IMG/VR virus record: IMGVR_UViG_2934748790_000001
Span: 44,058 to 108,057 of that record
Strand: one strand, 5' to 3'
DNA from: a virus
Lineage: Duplodnaviria; Caudoviricetes
Length of the DNA: 64,000 bases
Both the position numbers and the translations under genes were made by a program. Positions 17,683-27,320 of this stretch are shown here, piece after piece; the first letter of the stretch is position 1, and every line of letters starts with the position of its first letter. The notes below the pieces were generated by a model. That model saw only the letters and a list, made by a program, of their open reading frames with translations, had not been told where the DNA came from and did no database searches.

Positions 17683-20601
17683 ATGACCACTCCCCCGCCC
17701 CCGACCGGCCCTCCGAACCCGGGGCAGGGCGGGCTGTTCGGCTCGAACCAGCTCGGCGGACAGATGGACGCCTTGACGCGGGCCTTCACGGCGTTCACCA
17801 ACAGGTTCGCCAGTACCTCCGGCATGTCGAACATGGGGCTGTCCGCCTCCAACTTCGGCCAGGGGCAGCGACTGGGAGAGCAGTCGGCCCGTCTTCAGCA
17901 GCGGTACCAGCAGAACTACGACGCGCACAACGCTGCCCGGCTGCGCCAGCAGGAGGAACTGGAGCGCCAGCAGCTTCAGTGGGACCGTCAGCAGCGCGTG
18001 GGCACTCGCACGATGAACAACGGCAGGTTGCCGCAGTGGCGTCGGCAGGAGGCCAGCGACCGGCTCGACGAGCAGGGCATCCTGTTCGCCAACGCGCAGG
18101 CCCGTACGCGCCGTGACTGGGGTGTGCAGGACAATCAGCACACCGCCGCGATGTCCCAGATGTACTCCGACATGGACCGGCTCCGGCGTCAGCAGTCCAC
18201 GCAGATGACGATGAACCGCCTGGCGCTCGGCGGGCAGGCTGTCGGGGCAGTGGTCGGCGCGGCCCGTGCTCACTATGCGGGCAACGAGGAGGAGAGTCTC
18301 GGGCAGTTCGAGCGTCGGTTCTCTCTCATGCGTCCGACCTGGGGGGGCACGGCCGGCAGACGGGCCCGCTCCTATGGGCGCGAGATGCAGAGGTACGGCT
18401 CCATCATGTGGGGCACCTCGAACGAGGACGTCTTCGGAGGTGCCGGTTCGATCCTCCAGCAGTCGCCGCTCAACCAGTACGGCGCACAGATGCGGCGGGC
18501 CAGCTCCGCCGCGTTCGTCACTCCCGGGCTCGGAATCCAGGGCGCGGCGCAGATGCAGCAGGAGCTGGGAACCGCCCAGGCATTTTACGCCTCCCAGATG
18601 TTCGGGCTCTCCCCCACCCGATTCGCCGGAGGGGAGCAGAACTCCTCTGCGGCAATGGCTCTTTCGCTCGCGCAGCGTGTGAACAACGAGGGGTTCGGCC
18701 GTCTTTCCGGGACTCAGCTCCAGGCGCAGCTAGCGCAAGGCGGGTCGTTGTCCATGTCGATGGCCAATTACGGCCGCACGGCGGGCCTTTCCGGGCAGTC
18801 GATGGAGGCCATGCGGAACCAGACGGAACTCCTGCGGGATTTGATGAACCCCAGCAAGGAGGGATTGGAGAAGCTCTCCTCGGACCAGGCGCTTCAGACG
18901 ATCGAGGCTGCCGGCCGCCGTGACGGTGCAGGAGACAAGGCACGCGACAAGATCAAGAAGTACGCGCCGAGCGTCGGGGATTCCTACCAGGATTCCCAGC
19001 GCTATCTTCAGGGCCTGGACCGTGAGGGCCATCTCCCGGCAAGTGCCTCCTACTTGGATGCGGCGAAGGCGTCGGCCAACTCGCTGGCGGACATTCACTC
19101 ACTTCTCCAGAAGACACTGGAGCCCATGGCCGACGCCATCGGCACGGTTGCGGGTAGTGCTAAGGGTGGTGGTTTCTGGGGCTCTCTCAAGGCTGGTCTC
19201 GAAGGCGGGTGGAACTCCGGCCCCAACGTCCTGTTCGGGGATTCGGGGGAAGGTACCGACCAGTCGTCGTGGGCGAAGGGTGCGTGGAAGGGCATCAGCG
19301 GCTTCCTCGGCGGGGATTCCGGTACGCCCGAGTCCAAGCAGGGCAAGTCGAAGAAGAAGAAGGCGGATTCGGCCGGCGTCACGGGGGGCGGCATCCAAGG
19401 CGCGATCGGCTTCGCGCGTAAACAGCTCGGTGACCGGTACATCCTGGGTGCCGAGGGCCCGGACGCATGGGATTGCTCCAGCCTCATGAGGGCCGCCTTC
19501 GAGAAGGCCGGCGTGTCGCTACCGCGCGTCACCTATGACCAGATCAAGAAGGGTGTGGAAGTACCTATCGACGAGGTCAAGACGGGCGACCTTGTTTTCT
19601 ACAAGGACCTTTCACACGTCGGTCTGTACACAGGGAACGGGCGGGTTCTCGAAGCTGCGAATCCAGGCAAGGGCGTCATCGAGGGCCCGATGTACTCCAA
19701 GTTCACCCGTGCCCGCCGCGTGCTGTCCGGAAGTGTGGCTGCGACGGAGAGCCTGTCCGGAAAGAACGAGGACCCCACTGCGAGCCAGAGCGGAAGTGGC
19801 GGCGGATTCACGGTTGCCGGGGCGTACGGCTCCACCGAAGAAGTCGACGCGCTCGCCGCTGCGCTGGCCGGAGGAGGTGGCGGAGGCAGTGCCCAGAGCG
19901 TGAGCCGCACCCCGAGCGCCACCCAGAACGAAGAAGCTGACACTGAGGACAGTGACGCCGGGGCGGAGGCGCCCCGAAACGTCAAGGCGAACGTCGCGCT
20001 GGGAAAGAAGATGGCCGCCTCGTACGGATGGCACGGCAGCCAGTGGACATCCCTCTACAAATTGTGGATGGGAGAGTCCGGTTGGAGGCATTGGGCGGAC
20101 AACCCGACCAGTGATGCGTACGGAATTCCCCAGGCCATGAGCAACCTCCATACGGAGACCGCGACTTCGGCGTGGCGGAACTCTCCGGAGAAGCAAATTG
20201 CTTGGGGGCTGAAGTACATCAAGGGGCGCTACGGCACCCCCTCCAAGGCGTGGAGTTTCTGGAACTCGAAGAACCCCCACTGGTACAAGGATGGCGCTTG
20301 GGAGGTGCCGGGCCAGCAGGGGCAGGGAGTTGACGCGCGACTGCACGGCGGAGAGATGGTCCTGGAGGCCAACGCGGCGCACACCGTGCGCCAGGCCCTG
20401 CTCAACCAGGGCCTGAATGCCTCATCCGACCAGGGGTCCAATGCCACCAGCAGCGGGGCGGTCTCCCTCCAGTTCAGCCCCGGCTCCGTGGTCATCCAGA
20501 TGCCCGCCGCATCCGCCGAAGGCGCCCGGACGGCAGCCCAAGCCTTCGTCACGCATATTGCGGCTGACGATCGCATCAGGTCGCTGATGGGGGGCTGGTG
20601 A
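17683..20601 (+). CDS. Tape measure protein with NlpC/P60 and lytic transglycosylase domains
   Basis: Long helical ORF; GPDAWDCSSL..GDLVF..HVGLY (NlpC/P60); ESGW..NPTSDAYGIPQ..YIKGRYG (SLT). Confidence 0.9.
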   Translation: MTTPPPPTGPPNPGQGGLFGSNQLGGQMDALTRAFTAFTNRFASTSGMSNMGLSASNFGQGQRLGEQSARLQQRYQQNYDAHNAARLRQQEELERQQLQWDRQQRVGTRTMNNGRLPQWRRQEASDRLDEQGILFANAQARTRRDWGVQDNQHTAAMSQMYSDMDRLRRQQSTQMTMNRLALGGQAVGAVVGAARAHYAGNEEESLGQFERRFSLMRPTWGGTAGRRARSYGREMQRYGSIMWGTSNEDVFGGAGSILQQSPLNQYGAQMRRASSAAFVTPGLGIQGAAQMQQELGTAQAFYASQMFGLSPTRFAGGEQNSSAAMALSLAQRVNNEGFGRLSGTQLQAQLAQGGSLSMSMANYGRTAGLSGQSMEAMRNQTELLRDLMNPSKEGLEKLSSDQALQTIEAAGRRDGAGDKARDKIKKYAPSVGDSYQDSQRYLQGLDREGHLPASASYLDAAKASANSLADIHSLLQKTLEPMADAIGTVAGSAKGGGFWGSLKAGLEGGWNSGPNVLFGDSGEGTDQSSWAKGAWKGISGFLGGDSGTPESKQGKSKKKKADSAGVTGGGIQGAIGFARKQLGDRYILGAEGPDAWDCSSLMRAAFEKAGVSLPRVTYDQIKKGVEVPIDEVKTGDLVFYKDLSHVGLYTGNGRVLEAANPGKGVIEGPMYSKFTRARRVLSGSVAATESLSGKNEDPTASQSGSGGGFTVAGAYGSTEEVDALAAALAGGGGGGSAQSVSRTPSATQNEEADTEDSDAGAEAPRNVKANVALGKKMAASYGWHGSQWTSLYKLWMGESGWRHWADNPTSDAYGIPQAMSNLHTETATSAWRNSPEKQIAWGLKYIKGRYGTPSKAWSFWNSKNPHWYKDGAWEVPGQQGQGVDARLHGGEMVLEANAAHTVRQALLNQGLNASSDQGSNATSSGAVSLQFSPGSVVIQMPAASAEGARTAAQAFVTHIAADDRIRSLMGGW

Positions 20602-21329
20602 TGACGGAGAAGAAGAAGTCCGACGGAGCTGTCAACATGCCCGGCAAGGGCATCTGGGAGAACAACTTCGACCCCCGCATCCGGGCGATTCCGTCGTACT
20701 TGCCGGGTGAGTCCTCCGGATCGTCCTACGGGCTGAAGCACGGATACATGGTGACGGCGTACCCCAAGGGCAAGTCCGGCCAAATCTACATGCTGAATTT
20801 CTTGTACAACCCGTCCACGGTGACGCTCAGCCATTCCATCGACGCAGCAAACCAGGTCATGCCCGCGTACACCAGGAGCGACCAGGACTCAGGCACCCCT
20901 CTCGTTGCGGCCGGTGGCACGCTGTCTTTCAACCTTCTTTTCGACCGCAGCTACGAGATGAGCGACAAGACTAAATTCAGCACTATCGAGGGCACGTACG
21001 GCGTCATGGCAGACATCCACGTGCTGTACAACCTGATCGGCATCAACTCGCCCCAGGTGGTGTGGAATCAAGGAGATGGAGACTCTGCCGATGCCTCGGT
21101 TGATGCGAACAACGTGATCGGGATTATGCAGATGAATCCCGTGTGGGTGCGGTTCGGGCAGGCGCGGCATTCATTTCGCGACAAGCTGCCCGGTCTCAGC
21201 CGGATGGAGTATTTCGGCTACGTCGCCAACGTGGAAATTACTTACACCCATTTCTCGCAGCGTATGACTCCAGTGCGCTGTGCGGTCGGCATCAGCATGC
21301 AGCTCATGTCGACGGCCGGCTGGGTTTAA
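20598..21329 (+). CDS. Baseplate/tube initiator protein
   Basis: FLYNPSTV, LSFNLLFDR, YTHFS..MTP.R; synteny. Confidence 0.7.
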   Translation: MMTEKKKSDGAVNMPGKGIWENNFDPRIRAIPSYLPGESSGSSYGLKHGYMVTAYPKGKSGQIYMLNFLYNPSTVTLSHSIDAANQVMPAYTRSDQDSGTPLVAAGGTLSFNLLFDRSYEMSDKTKFSTIEGTYGVMADIHVLYNLIGINSPQVVWNQGDGDSADASVDANNVIGIMQMNPVWVRFGQARHSFRDKLPGLSRMEYFGYVANVEITYTHFSQRMTPVRCAVGISMQLMSTAGWV

Positions 21330-21338
21330 GGAGCTATC

Positions 21339-21623
21339 GTGTCTATTTCTCTCACCTCGCGATACCAGCGCCACGCAACTGCTCTGGTCAAGGACCGCCA
21401 CGGCCGTCTTCAGCTCGCGATCATGCATCGCGGCCCGGAGAGCCGGTCCCTGCGCGTGTCCGACTTCCGCTGGCGCGGCGATGAGCGGGTCGACGACGTG
21501 TCCACCCGGTACTACGGCAGCGAGTCGAGCTGGTGGATGGTCGCCGAGGCCAACCCGCAGATCCTGGACTGGACGCAGGTACCGGCCGGCATGCAGATCA
21601 TGGTGCCCCGTGGCCTGGCGTAG
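21339..21623 (+). CDS. LysM-like / tail X baseplate protein
   Basis: RYYGSESSWWMVAEANP...G..I.VP. Confidence 0.8.
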   Translation: MSISLTSRYQRHATALVKDRHGRLQLAIMHRGPESRSLRVSDFRWRGDERVDDVSTRYYGSESSWWMVAEANPQILDWTQVPAGMQIMVPRGLA

Positions 21624-22809
21624 GGCATTTCGGCCGCATCTGTACGCGAAGCGCCCGGTGCTGGAGAAGGGGGCGTGGCTGTCGGGTTGCGAGGTTTTCC
21701 AGGCCGAGGGCGCGCACCAAGTTGTCGAGCTGACGGTCATGCACACGTACAACCCGGCGCTACCCGTGCAGCAGTGGCGTACGCCTGCCGGGGCGGTGTG
21801 GCAGGAGAACAGCCCTGCGCACCTGCGCTGGGGTTGGTACGCGGACGATTCCGTCGACTGGTACGGCTACGTCGCCAGCTCCCGGGTCCTGGCCAACGAG
21901 TCCGACCCCCGCTACGGGCACGCGGTGCAGGTGCCCGTCGTCTACACCCTCGTCGGCGCCTCGATGCTCATGCAGACGCACCGCGCCCGCACGTGGCGGG
22001 GCACCACCGCCTCCGCCACAGCGCGCCAGATCGCCCAAGAATACGCCCTCCAGCCCCGAGTCGACCCGACCGCCGTGGTGAGTGAGCAGAGCACCCAGGC
22101 AGGCAGCGACTGGCAGTACCTGTGCGACCTGGCCGACCGCAGTGGGTACCGGCTCTACTGCGACAACACCAGCGTGTGGTTCGTGAACCGGCGCACCGTC
22201 ATGCCGGCCCCGGACGGAAGCACCCCGACCTTCTGGCAGCAGAAGTCTCCCGGGGTGATCGACTCGTTGCGCGAGTTCAGTGCTGTCGTCGGCGACACCG
22301 ACCCGGCCGGGGGCCTGAGAGCCCGGTACGAGGCTGTGGCGTTCAACCGCAGCTCCAACGTCCTGACCCAGGCCACCTATACCCAGAAGCGCACGACGGT
22401 CCAGGGAGCACCTGTTCCTGCGCTGCTGAGCAGCCAGTACGCTGCCCTGCCTGCTGACAGCTATGCGCAGGCCGGACGTCTCCTGGACGCCGAGGCCGAC
22501 GTGTTGTGGGTGGAAGCTCGTGCCGTCGTGAACGGCGACCCCCGATTGAAACCGGGCGCACTCGTCGAGCTGCGTGGGGCAGGCATCGGCGATGCGAATG
22601 AAGGACTTTGGATGGTGCGCAGCGCCATCCACAAGCTGGGGATAAACCACCTCTACCCGCAGAAGAGTTCCTACACGACGACCCTCGTAGTGGGCCGGAA
22701 TGGTGCGCGCTCCCTCAATCTCGGGGTGCAGGGCCGGCCGGTGAAACCTGCTCCGACTGTGCTGGTCTCCGGCAGGTGGAGGGCCGCGTACACCGGGGGG
22801 ACGTCATGA
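21610..22809 (+). CDS. Baseplate hub (gpD-like late control) protein
   Basis: SDWQYLCDLADRSGY, GDPRLKPG, GLWMVRSAIH; GTG start inferred. Confidence 0.8.
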   Translation: MAWRRAFRPHLYAKRPVLEKGAWLSGCEVFQAEGAHQVVELTVMHTYNPALPVQQWRTPAGAVWQENSPAHLRWGWYADDSVDWYGYVASSRVLANESDPRYGHAVQVPVVYTLVGASMLMQTHRARTWRGTTASATARQIAQEYALQPRVDPTAVVSEQSTQAGSDWQYLCDLADRSGYRLYCDNTSVWFVNRRTVMPAPDGSTPTFWQQKSPGVIDSLREFSAVVGDTDPAGGLRARYEAVAFNRSSNVLTQATYTQKRTTVQGAPVPALLSSQYAALPADSYAQAGRLLDAEADVLWVEARAVVNGDPRLKPGALVELRGAGIGDANEGLWMVRSAIHKLGINHLYPQKSSYTTTLVVGRNGARSLNLGVQGRPVKPAPTVLVSGRWRAAYTGGTS

Positions 22810-23774
22810 ACCCGCTGTACGGAACCTACAGTGCCGTCGTGGTGTCCACACAGGACCCGCAGCAGCGCGGGCGTGCACGGCTGCGCATCCCCCAGCTCAT
22901 GGGCATGGCTGTCAGCGGCTGGGCCGATCCCGTGGCGCTGGGGGCGACGCTTCCCGGGGACCAGGTCTACGCCGCCTTCGACGGTGGTGACCGTAACCGC
23001 CCCGTGTACTGGCCCAAGGTGCGCGACGGTGTGCAGTCCTGGGTGCCTCTGACGCTCGACTCCGGCTGGTCGGCCGGCACGAAGGGAGTCCCGGCGGTAC
23101 GGCTCGGAGCGGACGGGATGCTGGAGCTGGACGGCTCTGTTTCCAGCTCGGCCGTCGGGGTGGGTAGTGCGGTGAAGTTCAGCCGACTGCCATCGGGGCT
23201 GTTTCCTCTGCACCGGGTGATGCAGCCGGTGGCGACGGACTACAGGGCTGCTTTCAGCTCGCGGGTGTCCTACGCCGAGTACCGGGCGACAAGCACCACC
23301 GCCTCGGTTGCTTACGTGACCGATCCCAACGGGCCCGTCGTTACGTTCATCGCGCCCGGGAGCGGGGCAGTGGTCATCACCTTCGGTGCACTGGCGCAGA
23401 ATTCGACCGCGTCCGGTCGAGCGCTGATGGGCATCCAGATCAAGGACGGCTCGACGGTGGTCACCGGGCCCGACGACAATCGGAGTTCCGAGAATCAGAG
23501 CCAGAACAACTCGTCGGCCTCTAATTCGCTCACCTACGCGTCACTGACCGCAGGCCGGACGTACACCGCGACGGCAATGTACCGGAGCGAGGGGGCCAGC
23601 AATACTGCATCCTTCGACAATAAATGGGTCTGTGTCACCCCGACTGTTATCGACACCTCTCCCCTGGCCCGTGTTTCCATCGAGGTGAACGGGGATCTGA
23701 ACCTCCTATTTCCCCTGGGGCATTACACCCCGTACGAAGCATCACTCACCGGAGTACGAGCACGAGTCGTGTAA
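22806..23774 (+). CDS. Baseplate spike (gp5/gpV OB-fold) with C-terminal extension
   Basis: DPQQRGRARLRIP..WA..PGDQV..FDGGD..RPVY. Confidence 0.85.
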   Translation: MNPLYGTYSAVVVSTQDPQQRGRARLRIPQLMGMAVSGWADPVALGATLPGDQVYAAFDGGDRNRPVYWPKVRDGVQSWVPLTLDSGWSAGTKGVPAVRLGADGMLELDGSVSSSAVGVGSAVKFSRLPSGLFPLHRVMQPVATDYRAAFSSRVSYAEYRATSTTASVAYVTDPNGPVVTFIAPGSGAVVITFGALAQNSTASGRALMGIQIKDGSTVVTGPDDNRSSENQSQNNSSASNSLTYASLTAGRTYTATAMYRSEGASNTASFDNKWVCVTPTVIDTSPLARVSIEVNGDLNLLFPLGHYTPYEASLTGVRARVV

Positions 23775-23783
23775 GGAGAGGCA

Positions 23784-24872
23784 GTGGCCTACCCGAATTA
23801 TCGCTACCTGGCCGTGGACAACACACTCGGCATCGACTACGACATCAAGAATCGGTACGGGTCCGGCGAGTACCTCGTCCACGTCGCCGTCCACGGTGGC
23901 GCCATCGAGCCGCCCACATCCCAGCTTGCGGCGTACTGCGCCGGCACGGGGGCGTACTACGTCTTCGAGGCCCTCAGCGATCTCACCGCCGCCAACTTGT
24001 CCCTGCCGCCGGAGACGTTCGACGAGCCGTTCGCCGTCGTCAACGTCGGCAACAGCTCGCGCACCGTGTCCTGGCGCGGTGTCGAGGACCAGCGGGAGGC
24101 CGAAGCGGTGGCGTACATCAGCGGGCTGGACGAGGTCCTGGTCTCGCTGATCACTCAGGAACTGACCGCTGCCGGCTTCGTCACGGACACTCCTCCGCTG
24201 CGGTTCGGCGGCAGCGATGCGTCGAACATAGCCAACAAGAACCGCATCCATGCTGGAGTCCAGCTCGACCTCACCCGGTCCCTGCGTCAGAGCTTCTATG
24301 CCGACGGCGACCTGACCTCGGCGGCCGTGACGAATCCCGCTGCCCGGCTGCCCCGGTTCTTCGCCTTCGGCGACGCAGTAGCGCGAGCCTGCGCACTCGT
24401 GCCCCTGGAGGCCGAGGTCGCCGACTCGCAGCCCGTTGTCCGGGCCGCCGGAATCGTTGACACCAGCGTGTCGACGGCGATGCGCACCCCGTTCAGCATT
24501 GACCACACCGGAGCAGTGGCCGCGACCACCGATCCCCGCGAGCAGCTCCTGGACCGCGTTCACGCCCTGGTGGGCACACTGCCGGGGGAGCGCGTCATGC
24601 GCAGCACGTACGGGGTGCCCACGAGCGCAGCGCTTTTCGATGTGAGCGCGGACGCGGCGAACGATCAGCTCCAGCGTGCCGTCCTCGACGCGGTGCAGAC
24701 GTGGGAGCCGTCCGCCACGGTGTCGGCCATCGTCGCCACGGTGAACCGGGATCTGGGAATGGTCGACATCAACGTGCAGGTCAGCCGGTCGGACGTGCCC
24801 GGGGCAGAGCAGGACGTCACGCGCACCGTGGGTGTTCTCGTCGGAGGCACCGTGGTGTCCACCCCTGAGTAG
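23784..24872 (+). CDS. Poly-gamma-glutamate hydrolase-like domain fused to gp25-like baseplate wedge
   Basis: N-terminal AVHGGAIE..TS, FDEP, NIANK..GVQL; C-terminal TLPGERVMR..YG..L....WEP. Confidence 0.8.
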   Translation: MAYPNYRYLAVDNTLGIDYDIKNRYGSGEYLVHVAVHGGAIEPPTSQLAAYCAGTGAYYVFEALSDLTAANLSLPPETFDEPFAVVNVGNSSRTVSWRGVEDQREAEAVAYISGLDEVLVSLITQELTAAGFVTDTPPLRFGGSDASNIANKNRIHAGVQLDLTRSLRQSFYADGDLTSAAVTNPAARLPRFFAFGDAVARACALVPLEAEVADSQPVVRAAGIVDTSVSTAMRTPFSIDHTGAVAATTDPREQLLDRVHALVGTLPGERVMRSTYGVPTSAALFDVSADAANDQLQRAVLDAVQTWEPSATVSAIVATVNRDLGMVDINVQVSRSDVPGAEQDVTRTVGVLVGGTVVSTPE

Positions 24873-24973
24873 TAATTAACGGCGGCCCGCCCGGAACCGT
24901 AGAATCCCATTATCAGGCCGGCTCACATTTCTCACTCGATCCCGCTGGCGGGAACCGAGAGGAAGTGTGCGCA

Positions 24974-26494
24974 GTGGCAGGTACCGCGTCGGCGGCACAG
25001 ATCGACTACACGTCGCGCGATTTCACTGGCTACCGCGACGCCCTTCTGGCCTACGCCGGCGAGGTTCTCCCGGAGTGGACTTCGCGGAGCCCTGCGGATT
25101 TCGGCGTCGTCATGGTCGAGCTTTTCTCGTACCTCGGCGACATCGTCAGTTTCTACCAGGATCGAATTCAGGATGAGGCGTATCTGACGACCGCCACCCA
25201 GCGGTCCAGCGTCATCGCCATCGCCCAGCAGCTCGGATACCAGCCGCACACCGCGATCCCGGCCACGGGCCAGGTCGCGTTCTCTCCCGCCCCCGGTCTG
25301 ACCTCCCCCGTCGTACTGCCCGCCGGGACACAGGTCATCACCACGTACATTGCTGCACTGGACCGTGCCATCACGTACGAGACGACCGCCGACGTTGTCG
25401 TCCCGGCCTACACGACGCCTGTTCCGCAGGTAGTCGGCCTGGTCGCGGAGGGCGCCACCCAGGGCAACCGAACGCTGGCCCTGTACGCCTCCACGGCGGG
25501 CCAGCCGGCCTCCACCATCCGTGTCGAGGATGTGGGTACTTCGGACGGGACCCAGGCGCAGGCTTTCACCCTGGCCCAGGCCCCCGTCCTCCTGGACACG
25601 GTCCGCGTCTTCGTGGACGACGGCCTCGGCGGCACCGAGTGGACGCGGGTTTCGGACTTCCTTCTTTCCAGGCCCTCCGACCTGATTGTCACGGCACACA
25701 CCGACGACCAAGGCATTACGCGCCTGATCTTCGGCGATGGCACCAACGGATCGATTCCGTCCACGGGTCTCAAGATCGCGGTTGCCTACCGTACGGGGGG
25801 CGGTTCCTACGGGAACATCCCGCAGGGCAGCATCGTCGATTTGGCGGAGGGACTCCCCGGCGTCGTCGTCGCCGGTTCCTCCCCCATGGCCGGTGGTGCG
25901 GACGAGGAGTCCATCGATCAGATTCGCGTCAACGCGCCCAGAGTCTTCCGCACCCAGGGCCGCGCGGTAAGCGGCCAGGACTACGCCGATCTGGCGCTCT
26001 CCGTCGCGGGCGTCGCCGGCGCGAGCGCCGTGGTGCGGTCCGCCTCGGCAGTGACCATCTTCATCGTGGGGCCCGCCAACATCCTGCCGTCCGAGGGCCA
26101 GCGGGATGCGGTCGCACAGTACGTGCAGGACCGGGCTTTGACAGGCGTCATCGTCAACGTGGTCAACGGGACGTTGATCCCGACGAACGTCGGCTCCAGC
26201 ACACTGCCCGTCCTGATCTCCGTGCAGGCCCGCTACCGCAGGGACACGGTCAAGCTGGCGGTACAGCAGGCCATTCAGCGGGTTTTCACCCCGCCGCAGA
26301 CCACATTCGGATCGCGCATTTCCATTTCCCAGGTCTACCGCGCCATCCAGGAAGTGCCGGGCGTGGAATGGGCCGTGATTCAAATGATGGCCCGCTCCGA
26401 TCTCCCGCAGAGCGGTACCGCAGACATCATCTGCCGCGACAACGAGATTCCCATCGTCGGCAACATCGTCGTCACCGCCAGCGGCGGAGTGTAG
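24974..26494 (+). CDS. Baseplate J-like wedge protein
   Basis: IDYTSRDF, DFGVVMVELFSY, FGDG, GGADEES, RAVS..DY. Confidence 0.9.
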   Translation: MAGTASAAQIDYTSRDFTGYRDALLAYAGEVLPEWTSRSPADFGVVMVELFSYLGDIVSFYQDRIQDEAYLTTATQRSSVIAIAQQLGYQPHTAIPATGQVAFSPAPGLTSPVVLPAGTQVITTYIAALDRAITYETTADVVVPAYTTPVPQVVGLVAEGATQGNRTLALYASTAGQPASTIRVEDVGTSDGTQAQAFTLAQAPVLLDTVRVFVDDGLGGTEWTRVSDFLLSRPSDLIVTAHTDDQGITRLIFGDGTNGSIPSTGLKIAVAYRTGGGSYGNIPQGSIVDLAEGLPGVVVAGSSPMAGGADEESIDQIRVNAPRVFRTQGRAVSGQDYADLALSVAGVAGASAVVRSASAVTIFIVGPANILPSEGQRDAVAQYVQDRALTGVIVNVVNGTLIPTNVGSSTLPVLISVQARYRRDTVKLAVQQAIQRVFTPPQTTFGSRISISQVYRAIQEVPGVEWAVIQMMARSDLPQSGTADIICRDNEIPIVGNIVVTASGGV

Positions 26495-26503
26495 GAGCCC
26501 AGC

Positions 26504-27313
26504 ATGCCTGCCGTGTATCCCGTGTCGGTCCGCAGTTTCACGCCGAGGACAGACAATGTCGACGTCATCTGGGCTGCCCACGTCAACGACCTTCAGCACG
26601 AGGTGAGTGCTGTCGAGCGCACCGTCGGGACCAGCCCTCATGTGTGGTCCGGGTGGTCGCCTTCCGGCATGAATCCCCTTGTATGGCCGCCACGTCCGGG
26701 CGCGATGACGATCAAGACCCCTGCGCCAGTGTCGAACTTCGGAGCCGCAAAGACGTACGCGTCAGTGGCCGACCGGCTCAAGGCGATTCAGCAGCAGGAG
26801 GCGTGGCTGACGCTCATGGTGCAACTACTCGTCGGCCAGTCCGGTACGAACCAGCCCGCGCCTACGCCTGCGAAGCCGCTCAAGCCGGCCGCTGCGGTGA
26901 TCCGGGCACCCGGCATGAAAGTACCTTCCGGTGAGGGAAAATGGGTTCCCTTCAAGTGGGGTGCGGCGGATTACGACCCGAACAAGATGTACCAGGGTGG
27001 CAGCAACATCGTGGCACCTGTCACCGGATTCTGGGACATCAGCGTCAGCGTCTGGGCGGACTCAACCACTCGTCGCCCCAACGATTTGCACTTCGTGCAC
27101 GTGCGGCTGATGCGCGGGACCACGGAAATCGCCGGACAGGATTCGCTTATCGAGACGCAGACCTGGATCAGGCACCGCATCAACGTGTCATGGCAGGGAC
27201 GATGGAATGCGGGTGTACCCGTCCAGGTCCAGGTGAGCCAGCACGGAGCGAGCGACAACACCGTGGACGCCAACGCCACCATCTCCATGTCGTTCGTTCG
27301 CGACCTTACGTGA
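26504..27313 (+). CDS. Tail/baseplate-associated protein
   Basis: AAHVNDLQ.EV.AVE motif; AGGAG RBS. Confidence 0.7.
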   Translation: MPAVYPVSVRSFTPRTDNVDVIWAAHVNDLQHEVSAVERTVGTSPHVWSGWSPSGMNPLVWPPRPGAMTIKTPAPVSNFGAAKTYASVADRLKAIQQQEAWLTLMVQLLVGQSGTNQPAPTPAKPLKPAAAVIRAPGMKVPSGEGKWVPFKWGAADYDPNKMYQGGSNIVAPVTGFWDISVSVWADSTTRRPNDLHFVHVRLMRGTTEIAGQDSLIETQTWIRHRINVSWQGRWNAGVPVQVQVSQHGASDNTVDANATISMSFVRDLT

Positions 27314-27320
27314 GGCTGTA

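Noticed and set aside
13038-26494. Standalone extracellular contractile injection system
   Set aside because: Terminase, portal, capsid and replication genes are linked, so this is a phage tail
24932-26641. Long antisense ORFs (also 52487-54220, 41820-43472, 5065-6525, 7674-9149)
   Set aside because: Shadow ORFs expected opposite GC3-rich genes; no recognisable motifs
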